DNA of 64,000 bases from Syntrophobacteraceae bacterium (GTDB taxonomy: Bacteria; Desulfobacterota; Syntrophobacteria; Syntrophobacterales; Syntrophobacteraceae). The translations under genes were made by a program, and so were the position numbers. The notes beneath the pieces were generated by a model. That model searched no databases, was not told the DNA's origin, and was given only the letters and a program-made list of their open reading frames with translations. How positions within the stretch are numbered: position 1 is the stretch's first letter; each line of letters starts with the position of its first letter. The stretch lies in assembly GCA_033812955.1 (NCBI GenBank), contig JAPXSS010000006.1, forward strand, positions 1,911-65,910. Reading direction: 5' to 3'. Of this stretch, positions 1 to 8,556 are shown in pieces.

Positions 1-669
1 ATGGCGTTCGAGATAAGGCCATGCTTCATGGGGGTGGCTCCTCGCATAAAGCAGACTGCACCTGATTCGCTCCTCCATCCACCGCGCGGTCTCGGCCCCC
101 AGCTCACGCTTGATGAGGATGCCGCCAAGAGGCAGCGGCAGCCCCGTCTCGCTCTCCCACCATGCTCCCAGATCGAGCACCTGCTTCAGCCCCCAGGCGG
201 GATAGGTAAATCGCCCCTCGTGAATGATCACCCCGGCGTCCGCCTCCCCGGTCGAGACCGCCCGCATGATGCGGTCAAAGGGCAGGACCATCCGATCCCC
301 CTGATGAAAGCCCGTCAGATCGAGCAGCAGGTTGGCCGTGGTGAGCATTCCCGGAACGGCGATGGTTTTATCCCGCAGATCCTCAACCGCCAGTTCTTCC
401 CGAGCTACCACCAGCGGTCCGCAGCCGCGTCCGACGGCTCCGCCCGAACGGAGCAGCCAGTAGTCATCGAGGAGGTGCAAGACGGCCGCAATGGAAACTT
501 TGGTCAGATCGAGCAGGCCCCGGCGGGCCTGCTGGTTGAGGATTTCGACGTCGGCTAAGGTGATCTGGAGGTCATAGGGTGCGATATCGATCTGGCCTTG
601 AGCAAGGGCAAAAAAGATGAAGGTATCATTGGGACAGGGAGAGTAGCCAAGGCGCAACCTTTTCTTCAT
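1..669 (-). CDS. mqnD: 1,4-dihydroxy-6-naphthoate synthase (futalosine pathway, MqnD-like); C-terminus lies outside the window
   Basis: Own translation of the minus strand from ATG 669-667: MKKRLRLGYSPCPNDTFIFFALAQGQIDIAPYDLQITLADVEILNQQARRGLLDLTK... The frame stays open to position 1, so it is missing from the ORF track. GxSPCPNDTF is the MqnD-family N-terminal signature. ATGA start/stop overlap with the upstream gene. Confidence 0.8.
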   Translation of the reverse strand, partial: MKKRLRLGYSPCPNDTFIFFALAQGQIDIAPYDLQITLADVEILNQQARRGLLDLTKVSIAAVLHLLDDYWLLRSGGAVGRGCGPLVVAREELAVEDLRDKTIAVPGMLTTANLLLDLTGFHQGDRMVLPFDRIMRAVSTGEADAGVIIHEGRFTYPAWGLKQVLDLGAWWESETGLPLPLGGILIKRELGAETARWMEERIRCSLLYARSHPHEAWPYLERH

Positions 670-1595
670 GCTTTGTACCCTCGGGACGGCCGTTGCATGG
701 CGTCTGCGGCACTCAGCCAGGTCATAATGATACCGTGGCAATGAGCAACACTCGTTTCCAGTTCCCAGGCTTCCTTGGCGCGGGTCCCGGCAAAGTTACT
801 GACACCCCGACATTCGATCATGGGAATGGTGAAACGGCAGCAGGTCTGGGCTACCGCGCTCCCTTCCATATTCTCGGCATAGGCGCCGTAGCGCCGAAAG
901 CGCTCACCCGCCACTTCGGGATCGCCGCTGGTCATGCCCACGGTGAGGCTGGGACCGTAGTGCAGGCGGAAGCCTTCGTCGTTCTCCGGAACAACGGAAG
1001 CACGCGGGAAGGAGGCTTGAGCCGGGACGGCCGAGGTCCGGCGGCCATCGACGCCCTCGGACCTCTCCAGGCCATCGGGCACGTAGAGACGAGCAGGGGA
1101 AGGAAGACGTCCCCGCCGTTGCCGATAGCACCCTGGCGGTGTTATCTTGATGAGCTTCCGCATCGCTTTGTTCCAACATAAAGGAACACGCTCGAAGAAC
1201 TCCTCGCCTCGATGGACGAGGATGGGAATCCCGATTCGGGAGACGGCCATAAGCCCGTCCCAAGTCAGCACTCCTTCGTCACCGCAAAGGACCCGGTCGG
1301 TTATCAACACGTCACCGATTCCGAGCGGTCCCCCGGAGTAGGCCCCGGTGCAGCCGAGATGCCAGACTTGGCTCACCGTCAGCCGTTCCAACAGGGATGC
1401 CGTGGTGATGGCGGCGTTGACTTTGCCCAAACCAGTGGCAGCTACAACCACGACGAGATGAGCGTAGTTGCCCCACCAGAGGGGCTGGCCTCTGAAAGCA
1501 AGCGTCCGGCGGTTCTGGAGGATCTCGGTCAGGGCGCGGATTTCCTGAGGGACTGCCCCGAGCAAGAGAACGTCAATATCGGGCATCCGGTGCAT
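666..1595 (-). CDS. mqnB: futalosine hydrolase-like nucleosidase (PNP/UDP_1 family)
   Basis: 309-aa ORF with nucleosidase motifs (ATGLGKVNAA, AENMEGSAVA). Translationally coupled to mqnD. About 70 aa longer than I expect for this family because of a low-complexity internal segment. Confidence 0.65.
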   Translation of the reverse strand: MHRMPDIDVLLLGAVPQEIRALTEILQNRRTLAFRGQPLWWGNYAHLVVVVAATGLGKVNAAITTASLLERLTVSQVWHLGCTGAYSGGPLGIGDVLITDRVLCGDEGVLTWDGLMAVSRIGIPILVHRGEEFFERVPLCWNKAMRKLIKITPPGCYRQRRGRLPSPARLYVPDGLERSEGVDGRRTSAVPAQASFPRASVVPENDEGFRLHYGPSLTVGMTSGDPEVAGERFRRYGAYAENMEGSAVAQTCCRFTIPMIECRGVSNFAGTRAKEAWELETSVAHCHGIIMTWLSAADAMQRPSRGYKA

Positions 1596-1754
1596 GCAGC
1601 GCTTCCTGGATCAATCGTTCACAAGGTGTTTCAGGTCAGGTGTTTCGGTCGAGTTCGGGACTTTGTCAACAGCTATTTTGTGGCCGGGGAATGATGCTGC
1701 CCGCCACAGGTGGCTGAGGACAACGCTGTCTGCTTACGGAAAAGCGCACGAAGA

Positions 1755-2075
1755 AGTCCCCCTTAGAAGGGGATTCAGGGGGATGTCCTGGTACTTGATT
1801 CCCCTGCCCCCCTCAAAGGGGGAATCCGCTGAGCTAAATCAGACAGCATTGCGGCTGAGGAAATGTCCAAACACAAAGGTCCCGGTTGACAGGATCGTAG
1901 GGTGGGCTGTGCCCACATGCTGCCTCATCGGTGGGCGCAGCCCACCTACGAGACGGCACTCTTGTCTCTGAACGATCATTAAGTGCCGCGCCCCAAGAAT
2001 AAGTGTCCAGGTGCTCATGACGTGGCACAGGCTTCTAGCCTGTGAGATACACGGGCGAGACGCCCATGGCACTAG
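1755..2075. repeat. cluster of GC-rich palindromic REP-like elements in an intergenic region
   Basis: Several short hairpins read directly from the sequence: CCCCTT-AG-AAGGGG, CCCCC-TCAAA-GGGGG, a 21-nt unit CGTAGGGTGGGCTGTGCCCAC (1896-1916) with an inverted imperfect copy at 1930-1950, and CACAGGCT-TCTA-AGCCTGTG near 2026-2045. No convincing ORF. Confidence 0.5.
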
Positions 2076-2251
2076 TAATGGTCACTTTATTCTGTAGCGC
2101 GGTACAGAGGAAGCGCGCTCTCGCGGTTGTCAAGGCTGCCCGAACCTGCTAGATTCCCAGTCCGTCCGGGTGATCGGCGGAAGCAGACCATGACAAGCCC
2201 GGAGCAAGGGATGACAGAGAGTATTGCCTGAAGGATGCGGATCAGCAGTCG

Positions 2252-3991
2252 ATGAAAGTCTATGTGGCCGAAACGGCGGGTTTCTGTAAAGGGGTAAAGG
2301 ATGCGCTGGAGGTGACCCTCGAGGCGGTCCAGAAGTGCCAGGAGGGTGAAAAGATCTGTACTTTCGGGCCCCTCATCCACAATCGGCAGGTGCTGGCCAT
2401 GCTCGAAGAAAAAGGAGTCAGCGAGCAGAACCATCTGGAGGAATGTGCGGGCAAAAAGGTGATCATTCGGGCCCATGGTATCCCCCCCCATGAGCGCCAG
2501 CGGCTGCATCGCATTGATGCCACCCTGCTTGATGCCACCTGCAAGCGGGTGGCGAAGGTTCATGCGGTGATCAAGAAGCATGCCCGACGAGGTTTTCATA
2601 CGGTTATCGTGGGCGATGCCGACCATGCTGAAGTGATTGGTTTGCTGGGGTATGCGGAAGAGCGCGGCCATGTCATCAATCGTCCGGAACAGGTGGACGA
2701 GCTCCCCGAGAGTTGGGAAAAGGTGCTGCTGGTTGCCCAGACCACTCAGAATGAAGAAGTCTTTGAAGAGATTCGCACTCGCTTTCTGCAGCGCTATCCC
2801 CACGCCTTGGTCAAGAATACCATCTGCGATTCGACCCAGCACCGGCAGGCTGAGGTGAGGCAGATGTGCCGCCAGGTTGCGGCGATGGTGGTGGTGGGAG
2901 GATACCACAGCGGCAATACCCTGCGGCTGGCGGATGTCGCCCGGGAATGCGGCGTCCCCACCTATCACATCGAAACGGAAGCGGAACTCAACCGGCAGGA
3001 AATGGCCCGGTACACCAGCGTTGGAGTTTCGGCGGGAGCCTCAACCCCCAATTGGATTATCCGGAATGTGGTGCAGTACCTGGAATCCATCCAGCCGGAA
3101 TCTTCCAACCTTCGTTATCGGCTCAAGCGGACCCTCGAACGACTTGCCTACGCCAATGCCTACGTGGCAGGGGGCGCAGCGCTCCTCTCCGCCTCGGCGC
3201 AGGCCCTGATGGATCTTCCCGCCTCTTTCGCCAACGCGGTCATGGCGGCCTGTTATGCCTTTGCCATGCACTCGCTCAACATTTACCTTGATCGCAATGC
3301 CATCGAATTGAACGATCCGGGGCGCGCCGCGTTTTACCATCGGTGGCGACCGGTCTTCACGGGAATCAGCGTCGTGGCCCTCTTCCTCGCCTTCGGGCTG
3401 GCCATGAAGAGCGGGGTCCTGGCCTTTCTAGCGATGGGCTTCCTGATTCTGTTCGGCCTGATCTATGCCGTCCCGGTGATTCTCCCCGCCCGCTGGCAGA
3501 ACCTTTCAGCGCTGAAAATCAAGGATATTCCCACCTCGAAAACGTTTTCCGTGCCCATCGCCTGGGCTACAGTAACGGTCATTGTGCCGCACCTGTCGTC
3601 CCTCACCGAAGCCTTTGCGTCCATGCTCTATACCTTCTGGGTGATCTTCCTGATCGTGCTGGTGCGGACGGCTTTGCTGGATCTCCTGGCGGTACGCGGC
3701 GACCGTCTGGTCGGGAAAGAGACGCTGGTGGTCCTGGTCGGTGAGAGAAGAACGGCCTGGTTCCTTACTGGAATCCTCACACTCTTGGCTCTTTCCACCG
3801 TCATCGGACCACTCGCAGGCTTCGCTACGGGCTTCGCCTATGTTCTCCTGCCGGTGGCGGCCGCCTATGGCTACCAGCTGCACAGGTGCTTCGCGAGCCG
3901 GCTGCGGGAGGACCCTCTTTGCGAAACCCTCATTGAATCGGTTCTGATCGGCTTTGGCGGGCTTGCCCTGCTCTGGCTCGCAATACGCTAG
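2252..3991 (+). CDS. ispH: 4-hydroxy-3-methylbut-2-enyl diphosphate reductase (IspH/LytB) fused to a C-terminal polytopic UbiA-like prenyltransferase domain
   Basis: N-terminal ~285 aa are typical IspH (MKVYVAETAGFCKGVKDA, IHNRQV, VVVGGYHSGNT). C-terminal ~290 aa are hydrophobic multi-helix with UbiA-like Asp-rich motifs (NIYLDRNAIELND; DLLAVRGDRLVGKETLVV). Confidence 0.85.
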   Translation: MKVYVAETAGFCKGVKDALEVTLEAVQKCQEGEKICTFGPLIHNRQVLAMLEEKGVSEQNHLEECAGKKVIIRAHGIPPHERQRLHRIDATLLDATCKRVAKVHAVIKKHARRGFHTVIVGDADHAEVIGLLGYAEERGHVINRPEQVDELPESWEKVLLVAQTTQNEEVFEEIRTRFLQRYPHALVKNTICDSTQHRQAEVRQMCRQVAAMVVVGGYHSGNTLRLADVARECGVPTYHIETEAELNRQEMARYTSVGVSAGASTPNWIIRNVVQYLESIQPESSNLRYRLKRTLERLAYANAYVAGGAALLSASAQALMDLPASFANAVMAACYAFAMHSLNIYLDRNAIELNDPGRAAFYHRWRPVFTGISVVALFLAFGLAMKSGVLAFLAMGFLILFGLIYAVPVILPARWQNLSALKIKDIPTSKTFSVPIAWATVTVIVPHLSSLTEAFASMLYTFWVIFLIVLVRTALLDLLAVRGDRLVGKETLVVLVGERRTAWFLTGILTLLALSTVIGPLAGFATGFAYVLLPVAAAYGYQLHRCFASRLREDPLCETLIESVLIGFGGLALLWLAIR

Positions 3992-4077
3992 AAGTTGTTT
4001 TCCCAGGCCTTTTTTCAAGACCTGAGACTGACTTCGGATCCATGATGTGACTCTGAGGGTGAAAAAGCATCAACAAC

Positions 4078-4929
4078 TTGGTAAGTGTCATCATCCCGAC
4101 GTTCAATCGATCCCGGCTTGTCGCCGAGGCCGTGGCTTCGGCCCTGGCGCAGGAAGCGGTCACGTTCGAAGTGATCGTAGTCGATGATGGGTCGGAGGAC
4201 GATACCCCGGCCGTGCTGACTTCCTTGGGGGTCGCCGTCAGGCCGGTGTTCCAGGCTCACGCCGGCGTCAGTGCCGCCCGCAATACCGGTATCCGCATGG
4301 CCCGCGGGGAATGGCTGGCGTTCCTGGATTCCGATGACCTCTGGCTGCCGCAAAAACTCCAGAAACAGCTCGACTTCTTCAGGACTCACCCCCACTACAA
4401 GATCTGCCAGACGGAAGAGACCTGGATCAGACACGGTTGCAGGCTAAATCCCAAAGGTTATCATCGGAAACCGCAGGGATATTGTTTCCCACGACTGCTG
4501 GAGCGCTGCTTGGTCAGTCCTTCAGCGGTGGTCATTCATCGGTCACTGTTTGAGGAAGTCGGGTTTTTCGATGAGTCCCTGCCAGCCTGCGAAGATTACG
4601 ATCTCTGGCTGCGCATAGGCTGCCGCCACCCCATCGGGCTGGTCGAGGAGCCCTTGACCGTGAAGCGAGGGGGGCACCCAGACCAGCTTTCCAGCACCGT
4701 CCCGGCGTTGGATCGCTACCGCATTCTGGCGCTCACCAAGCTGCTGCGCGTCCAACCCCTCACTGTCCACCAGCAGGACCAGGCACTACGGGTACTTGGG
4801 CGCATATGCCGGATCTACAGTGCCGGCTGCCGGAAACGGGGCCGCCAAGATGAGGCGAAAGCCTTTGCGGAACTCCCTGCGAAACTGGTCCGGGAACTGA
4901 GCCGGAAAGAGCCTCCTGGTGAAATCTAA
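4078..4929 (+). CDS. family 2 glycosyltransferase
   Basis: VSVIIPTFNRSRLV...VIVVDDGSEDDT...FLDSDDLW are GT2 signatures. TTG is the first available start, so the start is uncertain. Its stop codon overlaps the stop of convergent der. Confidence 0.8.
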   Translation: MVSVIIPTFNRSRLVAEAVASALAQEAVTFEVIVVDDGSEDDTPAVLTSLGVAVRPVFQAHAGVSAARNTGIRMARGEWLAFLDSDDLWLPQKLQKQLDFFRTHPHYKICQTEETWIRHGCRLNPKGYHRKPQGYCFPRLLERCLVSPSAVVIHRSLFEEVGFFDESLPACEDYDLWLRIGCRHPIGLVEEPLTVKRGGHPDQLSSTVPALDRYRILALTKLLRVQPLTVHQQDQALRVLGRICRIYSAGCRKRGRQDEAKAFAELPAKLVRELSRKEPPGEI

Positions 4930-6260
4930 GCTCCCTTTGCTCGTCGTTCCCGCCCTCGGAAAACGAGGCGAAGAGGCGATTTGTCAAGCCCGAAGGCTTC
5001 CCGGAACTGGTTGGTGAGATAGCGTTCATAGGAAAAGTGAATCGAATCGGGATAGTTGCAGAACAGGACGAAGGTTGGGGGGCGGGTTGAGGCCTGGGTG
5101 GCGTAAAAGAATTTGAGGCGTCGTCCCTTGACCACCGGCGGTTCATGCCGGCTCAGGGCTTCCGCTAGCCCGCGATTGAGAACGCCGGTGGTGACCCGCT
5201 GATTGTATTGCTGGAAGACCTCACGAACCGTCGGAATGATTCTGGCAACCCGCTTGCCGCTGAGCGCCGAGAAGGTGATGACGGGGGCGAAGGGGGAAAA
5301 GCGGAAGCGGTCGCGCACCTCTTCGAGCAGGCGCTTGGTCGATTTCGGGTCGTTTTCGACGGCATCCCATTTATTGATGCCGACGATGCAACCGCGATAG
5401 CGTTCCTGAATATAGCCCGCAATGTGCAGGTCCTGATCGGTGATGCCCTCGACAGCATCGATCAGAATCATGCTCACATGACTTCGGTCGATGCTCTGCA
5501 GGGCCCTAAAGATACTGACCTTTTCGAGCTTCTCCCGGATGCGGCCCTTGCGGCGGATGCCGGCTGTATCGATGAGGAGATAGCGTTGGCCGCCATGTTC
5601 GAGGACCGAATCCACCGCATCGCGGGTGGTCCCGGGCGTGGCGTTCACGATGACCCGCTGAGTTCCCAGCAGATGATTGACCAAAGTTGACTTGCCGACG
5701 TTGGGGCGGCCGATGATGGCCACCTTGATCGGCTCGATGGTTTGCTCGCCTTCATCCTCCTCGCGCGGTTCAGGCAGAAAGGCAGTGAGCTCGCTCATGA
5801 GCTCTTCTATCCCATGGCCGTGGGTGGCACTGGTGGGATAGAGCCGGTCGAGTCCCAGTTCGTAGAATTCGGCCAGATGGCGCTCCTGCCCTGGGCCGTC
5901 GATCTTGTTGACCGCAAAAAAAACCGGTTTCGCGGTCCGGCGGAGCTGCTGAACGAGATCCGTATCCTCCGGGTGCAAACCCGACTTGGCATCCGCCACG
6001 AACAGGATGATATCGGCTTCATCGAGAGCCAGCAGGATTTGCTCGCGCATCAGGACTTCCAGCCCGGAACTCTCCGAGGGCACGTAGCCACCCGTATCCA
6101 CAAGGGTAAAGGTCCTCCCCTCCCAGCTTATCCGGGCGTAGTTGCGATCCCGGGTGACCCCGGGCAGGTCTCCCACCAGAGCCAGGTTGGATCGACTCAT
6201 GCGGTTGAAAAGCGTGGATTTGCCCACATTGGGCCGACCAACTATGGCTACGACTGCCAT
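4926..6260 (-). CDS. der: ribosome-associated GTPase Der/EngA (two GTPase domains plus KH-like domain)
   Basis: Two G domains (GRPNVGKSTLFNR and GRPNVGKSTLVNH, DTGG/DTAG, NKID/NKWD). I prefer the start at MAVVAIVGRPNVGKS (6260); the track ORF extends to 6329. Confidence 0.9.
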   Translation of the reverse strand: MAVVAIVGRPNVGKSTLFNRMSRSNLALVGDLPGVTRDRNYARISWEGRTFTLVDTGGYVPSESSGLEVLMREQILLALDEADIILFVADAKSGLHPEDTDLVQQLRRTAKPVFFAVNKIDGPGQERHLAEFYELGLDRLYPTSATHGHGIEELMSELTAFLPEPREEDEGEQTIEPIKVAIIGRPNVGKSTLVNHLLGTQRVIVNATPGTTRDAVDSVLEHGGQRYLLIDTAGIRRKGRIREKLEKVSIFRALQSIDRSHVSMILIDAVEGITDQDLHIAGYIQERYRGCIVGINKWDAVENDPKSTKRLLEEVRDRFRFSPFAPVITFSALSGKRVARIIPTVREVFQQYNQRVTTGVLNRGLAEALSRHEPPVVKGRRLKFFYATQASTRPPTFVLFCNYPDSIHFSYERYLTNQFREAFGLDKSPLRLVFRGRERRAKGA

Positions 6261-7072
6261 GGATCGCTCGATTCCTGGTCGATTGTCATCCTCCCCTGCA
6301 TCCCCTGCCGCCACGAATCCGAGGCACAAGCAGGCAAAGCGTTCTCATCATGACCCTGAATTCACCCCCTGGCACGGTGTGCTGCTCTCGTCCCACTCGT
6401 TCCTTCGGGCAAAAGCCCCCCAAGGTCCCCAAATGACCTAGTAGGGTAGGCGGTTGGTCGCGTTTGGTCAAGGGCATAACAGCCGCGCTGGGGCAGGGGC
6501 GTTCAAAGCTGGTGGTGCCAACCTTCCGGAAGGCTGGCGGCAATCGTGGAGGTTGGCCGAGTATGCAGCGGAGCCTGGGCTTCGATCTGCGGAGCACCTC
6601 AATTGAAATCCGGGCTTTAGTAAAAAAAATCACTTGTCATCCATAAAGGCTTTGTGGTATGGGTTCAATCGAGCCTAAAAGGTTGTTGTGAAGATGCTCT
6701 AGCGCCTGAGCATTCGGGTTTTTGTGAGCGTACGGGGGAAGTGAAGTGGGGATCATTGGTAAAACCAACCCCGGCGGCATTGGCATAAAACCCTTATCTT
6801 TTATCTCTCTTTGCTGAGGAACTTCGAGCTGTCGCGGATGGCGGCTGCTCATATACGGTATTGATGCGCTTTGCTGAGAGCCGCTTTTAGGATCGGAATG
6901 TGAGAGCATGTCCGCAAAATCCGGTTGGTATGATCGAGTGTCCGGCTTCCTGCGGGGGGAAGGACACTTTTTTTGTTTAACCGCCTGGGCTTTCATCACA
7001 AGCAGGCCCAGGTGAGTCATCGGGAAGACCCTCAACACGATACCCTAACCCTTCAGGAGATGTTTAATTCAC

Positions 7073-7642
7073 ATGCAGCAGACTGGTTTAAGTCCTGACT
7101 TTAATTTCCTGGAAGAGGTGGAAGCCGCTGGACCGTTTAACGTTTCCGAGTGCTTCCAATGCCGCAAGTGCACCAATGGATGCCCAGCCACATTCGCCAT
7201 GGATCTTTTCCCTGATCAGGTCATTCGCTTGGCGATCCTGGGCTTGAAGGAGGAGGTCCTGCGTTCGAAGACAATTTGGGTGTGCGCCTCCTGCGAAACC
7301 TGTACCACGCGCTGTCCCAACGGCGTGAGGATCGCGGAGGTGATGGATTTCTTTAAGGAAATGGCAGTGATGCAGGGGGCAGCCATCCCACAGCGCCAGA
7401 TCATTACGCTCCACCGGACGTTCCTGGACAACTTCCGAAACACCGGGCGCGTCTTTGAGGGGGGCCTGATGGGAGCCTATATGCTCCGGAGCGGTCAGAT
7501 CGGCAGCATGCTCAAGACGGGAGCGTGGAAGGACCAGCTTCAGTTGGGATGGAAGATGTTCCAAAAGGGTCGTATGCCTCTTTTTCCTACATCCATTGAA
7601 GGAAAGGCTGAGGTCGCTGCCATTCTTCGTAGATCAAAATAG
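7073..7642 (+). CDS. hdrC: heterodisulfide reductase subunit C
   Basis: Two 4Fe-4S motifs (CFQCRKCTNGCP, CASCETCTTRCP). Size and position immediately upstream of hdrB fit HdrC. Confidence 0.85.
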   Translation: MQQTGLSPDFNFLEEVEAAGPFNVSECFQCRKCTNGCPATFAMDLFPDQVIRLAILGLKEEVLRSKTIWVCASCETCTTRCPNGVRIAEVMDFFKEMAVMQGAAIPQRQIITLHRTFLDNFRNTGRVFEGGLMGAYMLRSGQIGSMLKTGAWKDQLQLGWKMFQKGRMPLFPTSIEGKAEVAAILRRSK

Positions 7643-7657
7643 ACAGGGAACTCCATT

Positions 7658-8518
7658 ATGAAGGTCACTTACTACCCGGGTTGTTCTTTGGAAGGTACGG
7701 CTCGCGATTATGCCGACTCTATCCACGGTGTTTGCACTCATTTTGGCATCCAACTGGAGGAAATACCGGATTGGAACTGTTGTGGGTCCACCGCGGCTCA
7801 CTGCATCAATCACAAGGCCAGTATCGAGCTTGGAGCACGCAACCTGAAACTGGCGGCGCGCCGTTCCAATGCTGACATGCTGGTACCCTGCCCGCTCTGC
7901 TACAATCGCTTGAAAACGGCAGCTTGGGCACTCGAGGAAGAGAAGACCCACCAGTACGATATTCAGTTGGATGCTCCCACACCCAAGATCTGGGACCTGG
8001 CAAACTTCTTTGCCACCGACGTGATGCTGGCAAGACTGAGGGAGAACGTCAAGAAGCCCCTCGAGGGCCTCAAGGTGGTTTGCTACTACGGTTGCATGGC
8101 CAGTCGGCCGCCACATATCACCAAAGCCACGGACTACGAGAATCCCCAGAGTATGGACCGGATTGTCAAGGCTCTCGGCGGGAAAGCCCTTCCTTGGCCC
8201 TACAAGACCGACTGCTGCGGGGCGAGCCTCATGCTCTCCCGCCCCGATATGGGGCACAAGCTGGTGGGCAAACTTTATGACATGGCACAGCGGGTGGGTG
8301 CCCAGGCAATCGTGGTCTCATGCCAGATGTGCCAGTCAAACCTCGACATGTATCAGAAGCAGATTGAAGCGGAATGGGGCCGCAGTTTTGCTCCCCCCAT
8401 TCTGTATTTCACGGAATTGATTGGTCTCGCCTGTGGTCTGCCGGCTGTCGAATCGTGGCTCTCACGGCATATCACAGACCCTCGGCCGGTCCTTCGCGAG
8501 GCCAGGCTGGTTGCCTAA
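7658..8518 (+). CDS. hdrB: heterodisulfide reductase subunit B (two CCG domains)
   Basis: YYPGCSL...NCCGS and YYGC...DCCGAS, the duplicated CCG-domain pattern of HdrB. Confidence 0.9.
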   Translation: MKVTYYPGCSLEGTARDYADSIHGVCTHFGIQLEEIPDWNCCGSTAAHCINHKASIELGARNLKLAARRSNADMLVPCPLCYNRLKTAAWALEEEKTHQYDIQLDAPTPKIWDLANFFATDVMLARLRENVKKPLEGLKVVCYYGCMASRPPHITKATDYENPQSMDRIVKALGGKALPWPYKTDCCGASLMLSRPDMGHKLVGKLYDMAQRVGAQAIVVSCQMCQSNLDMYQKQIEAEWGRSFAPPILYFTELIGLACGLPAVESWLSRHITDPRPVLREARLVA

Positions 8519-8556
8519 CGGAATGCATGTCTTTCATAATTTAAGGAAGTAGAAGC

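Noticed and set aside
1-558. 185-aa plus-strand ORF at the window start
   Set aside because: It is antisense to the clearly recognisable mqnD reading frame (GYSPCPNDTF...), and its own translation is low-complexity.
4926-4929. Overlapping stop codons of the convergent GT2 gene (TAA 4927-4929) and der (TAG on the minus strand, 4928-4926)
   Set aside because: It is really present in the sequence, but it is probably just compact genome organisation. No hairpin or other signal is associated with it.
6637-7038. 133-aa minus-strand ORF in the der/hdrC divergent intergenic region
   Set aside because: No motif, no obvious RBS, and a disordered-looking composition in a lower-GC stretch. I cannot support it as a gene. 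The region is more likely promoter or regulatory DNA for hdrC and der.
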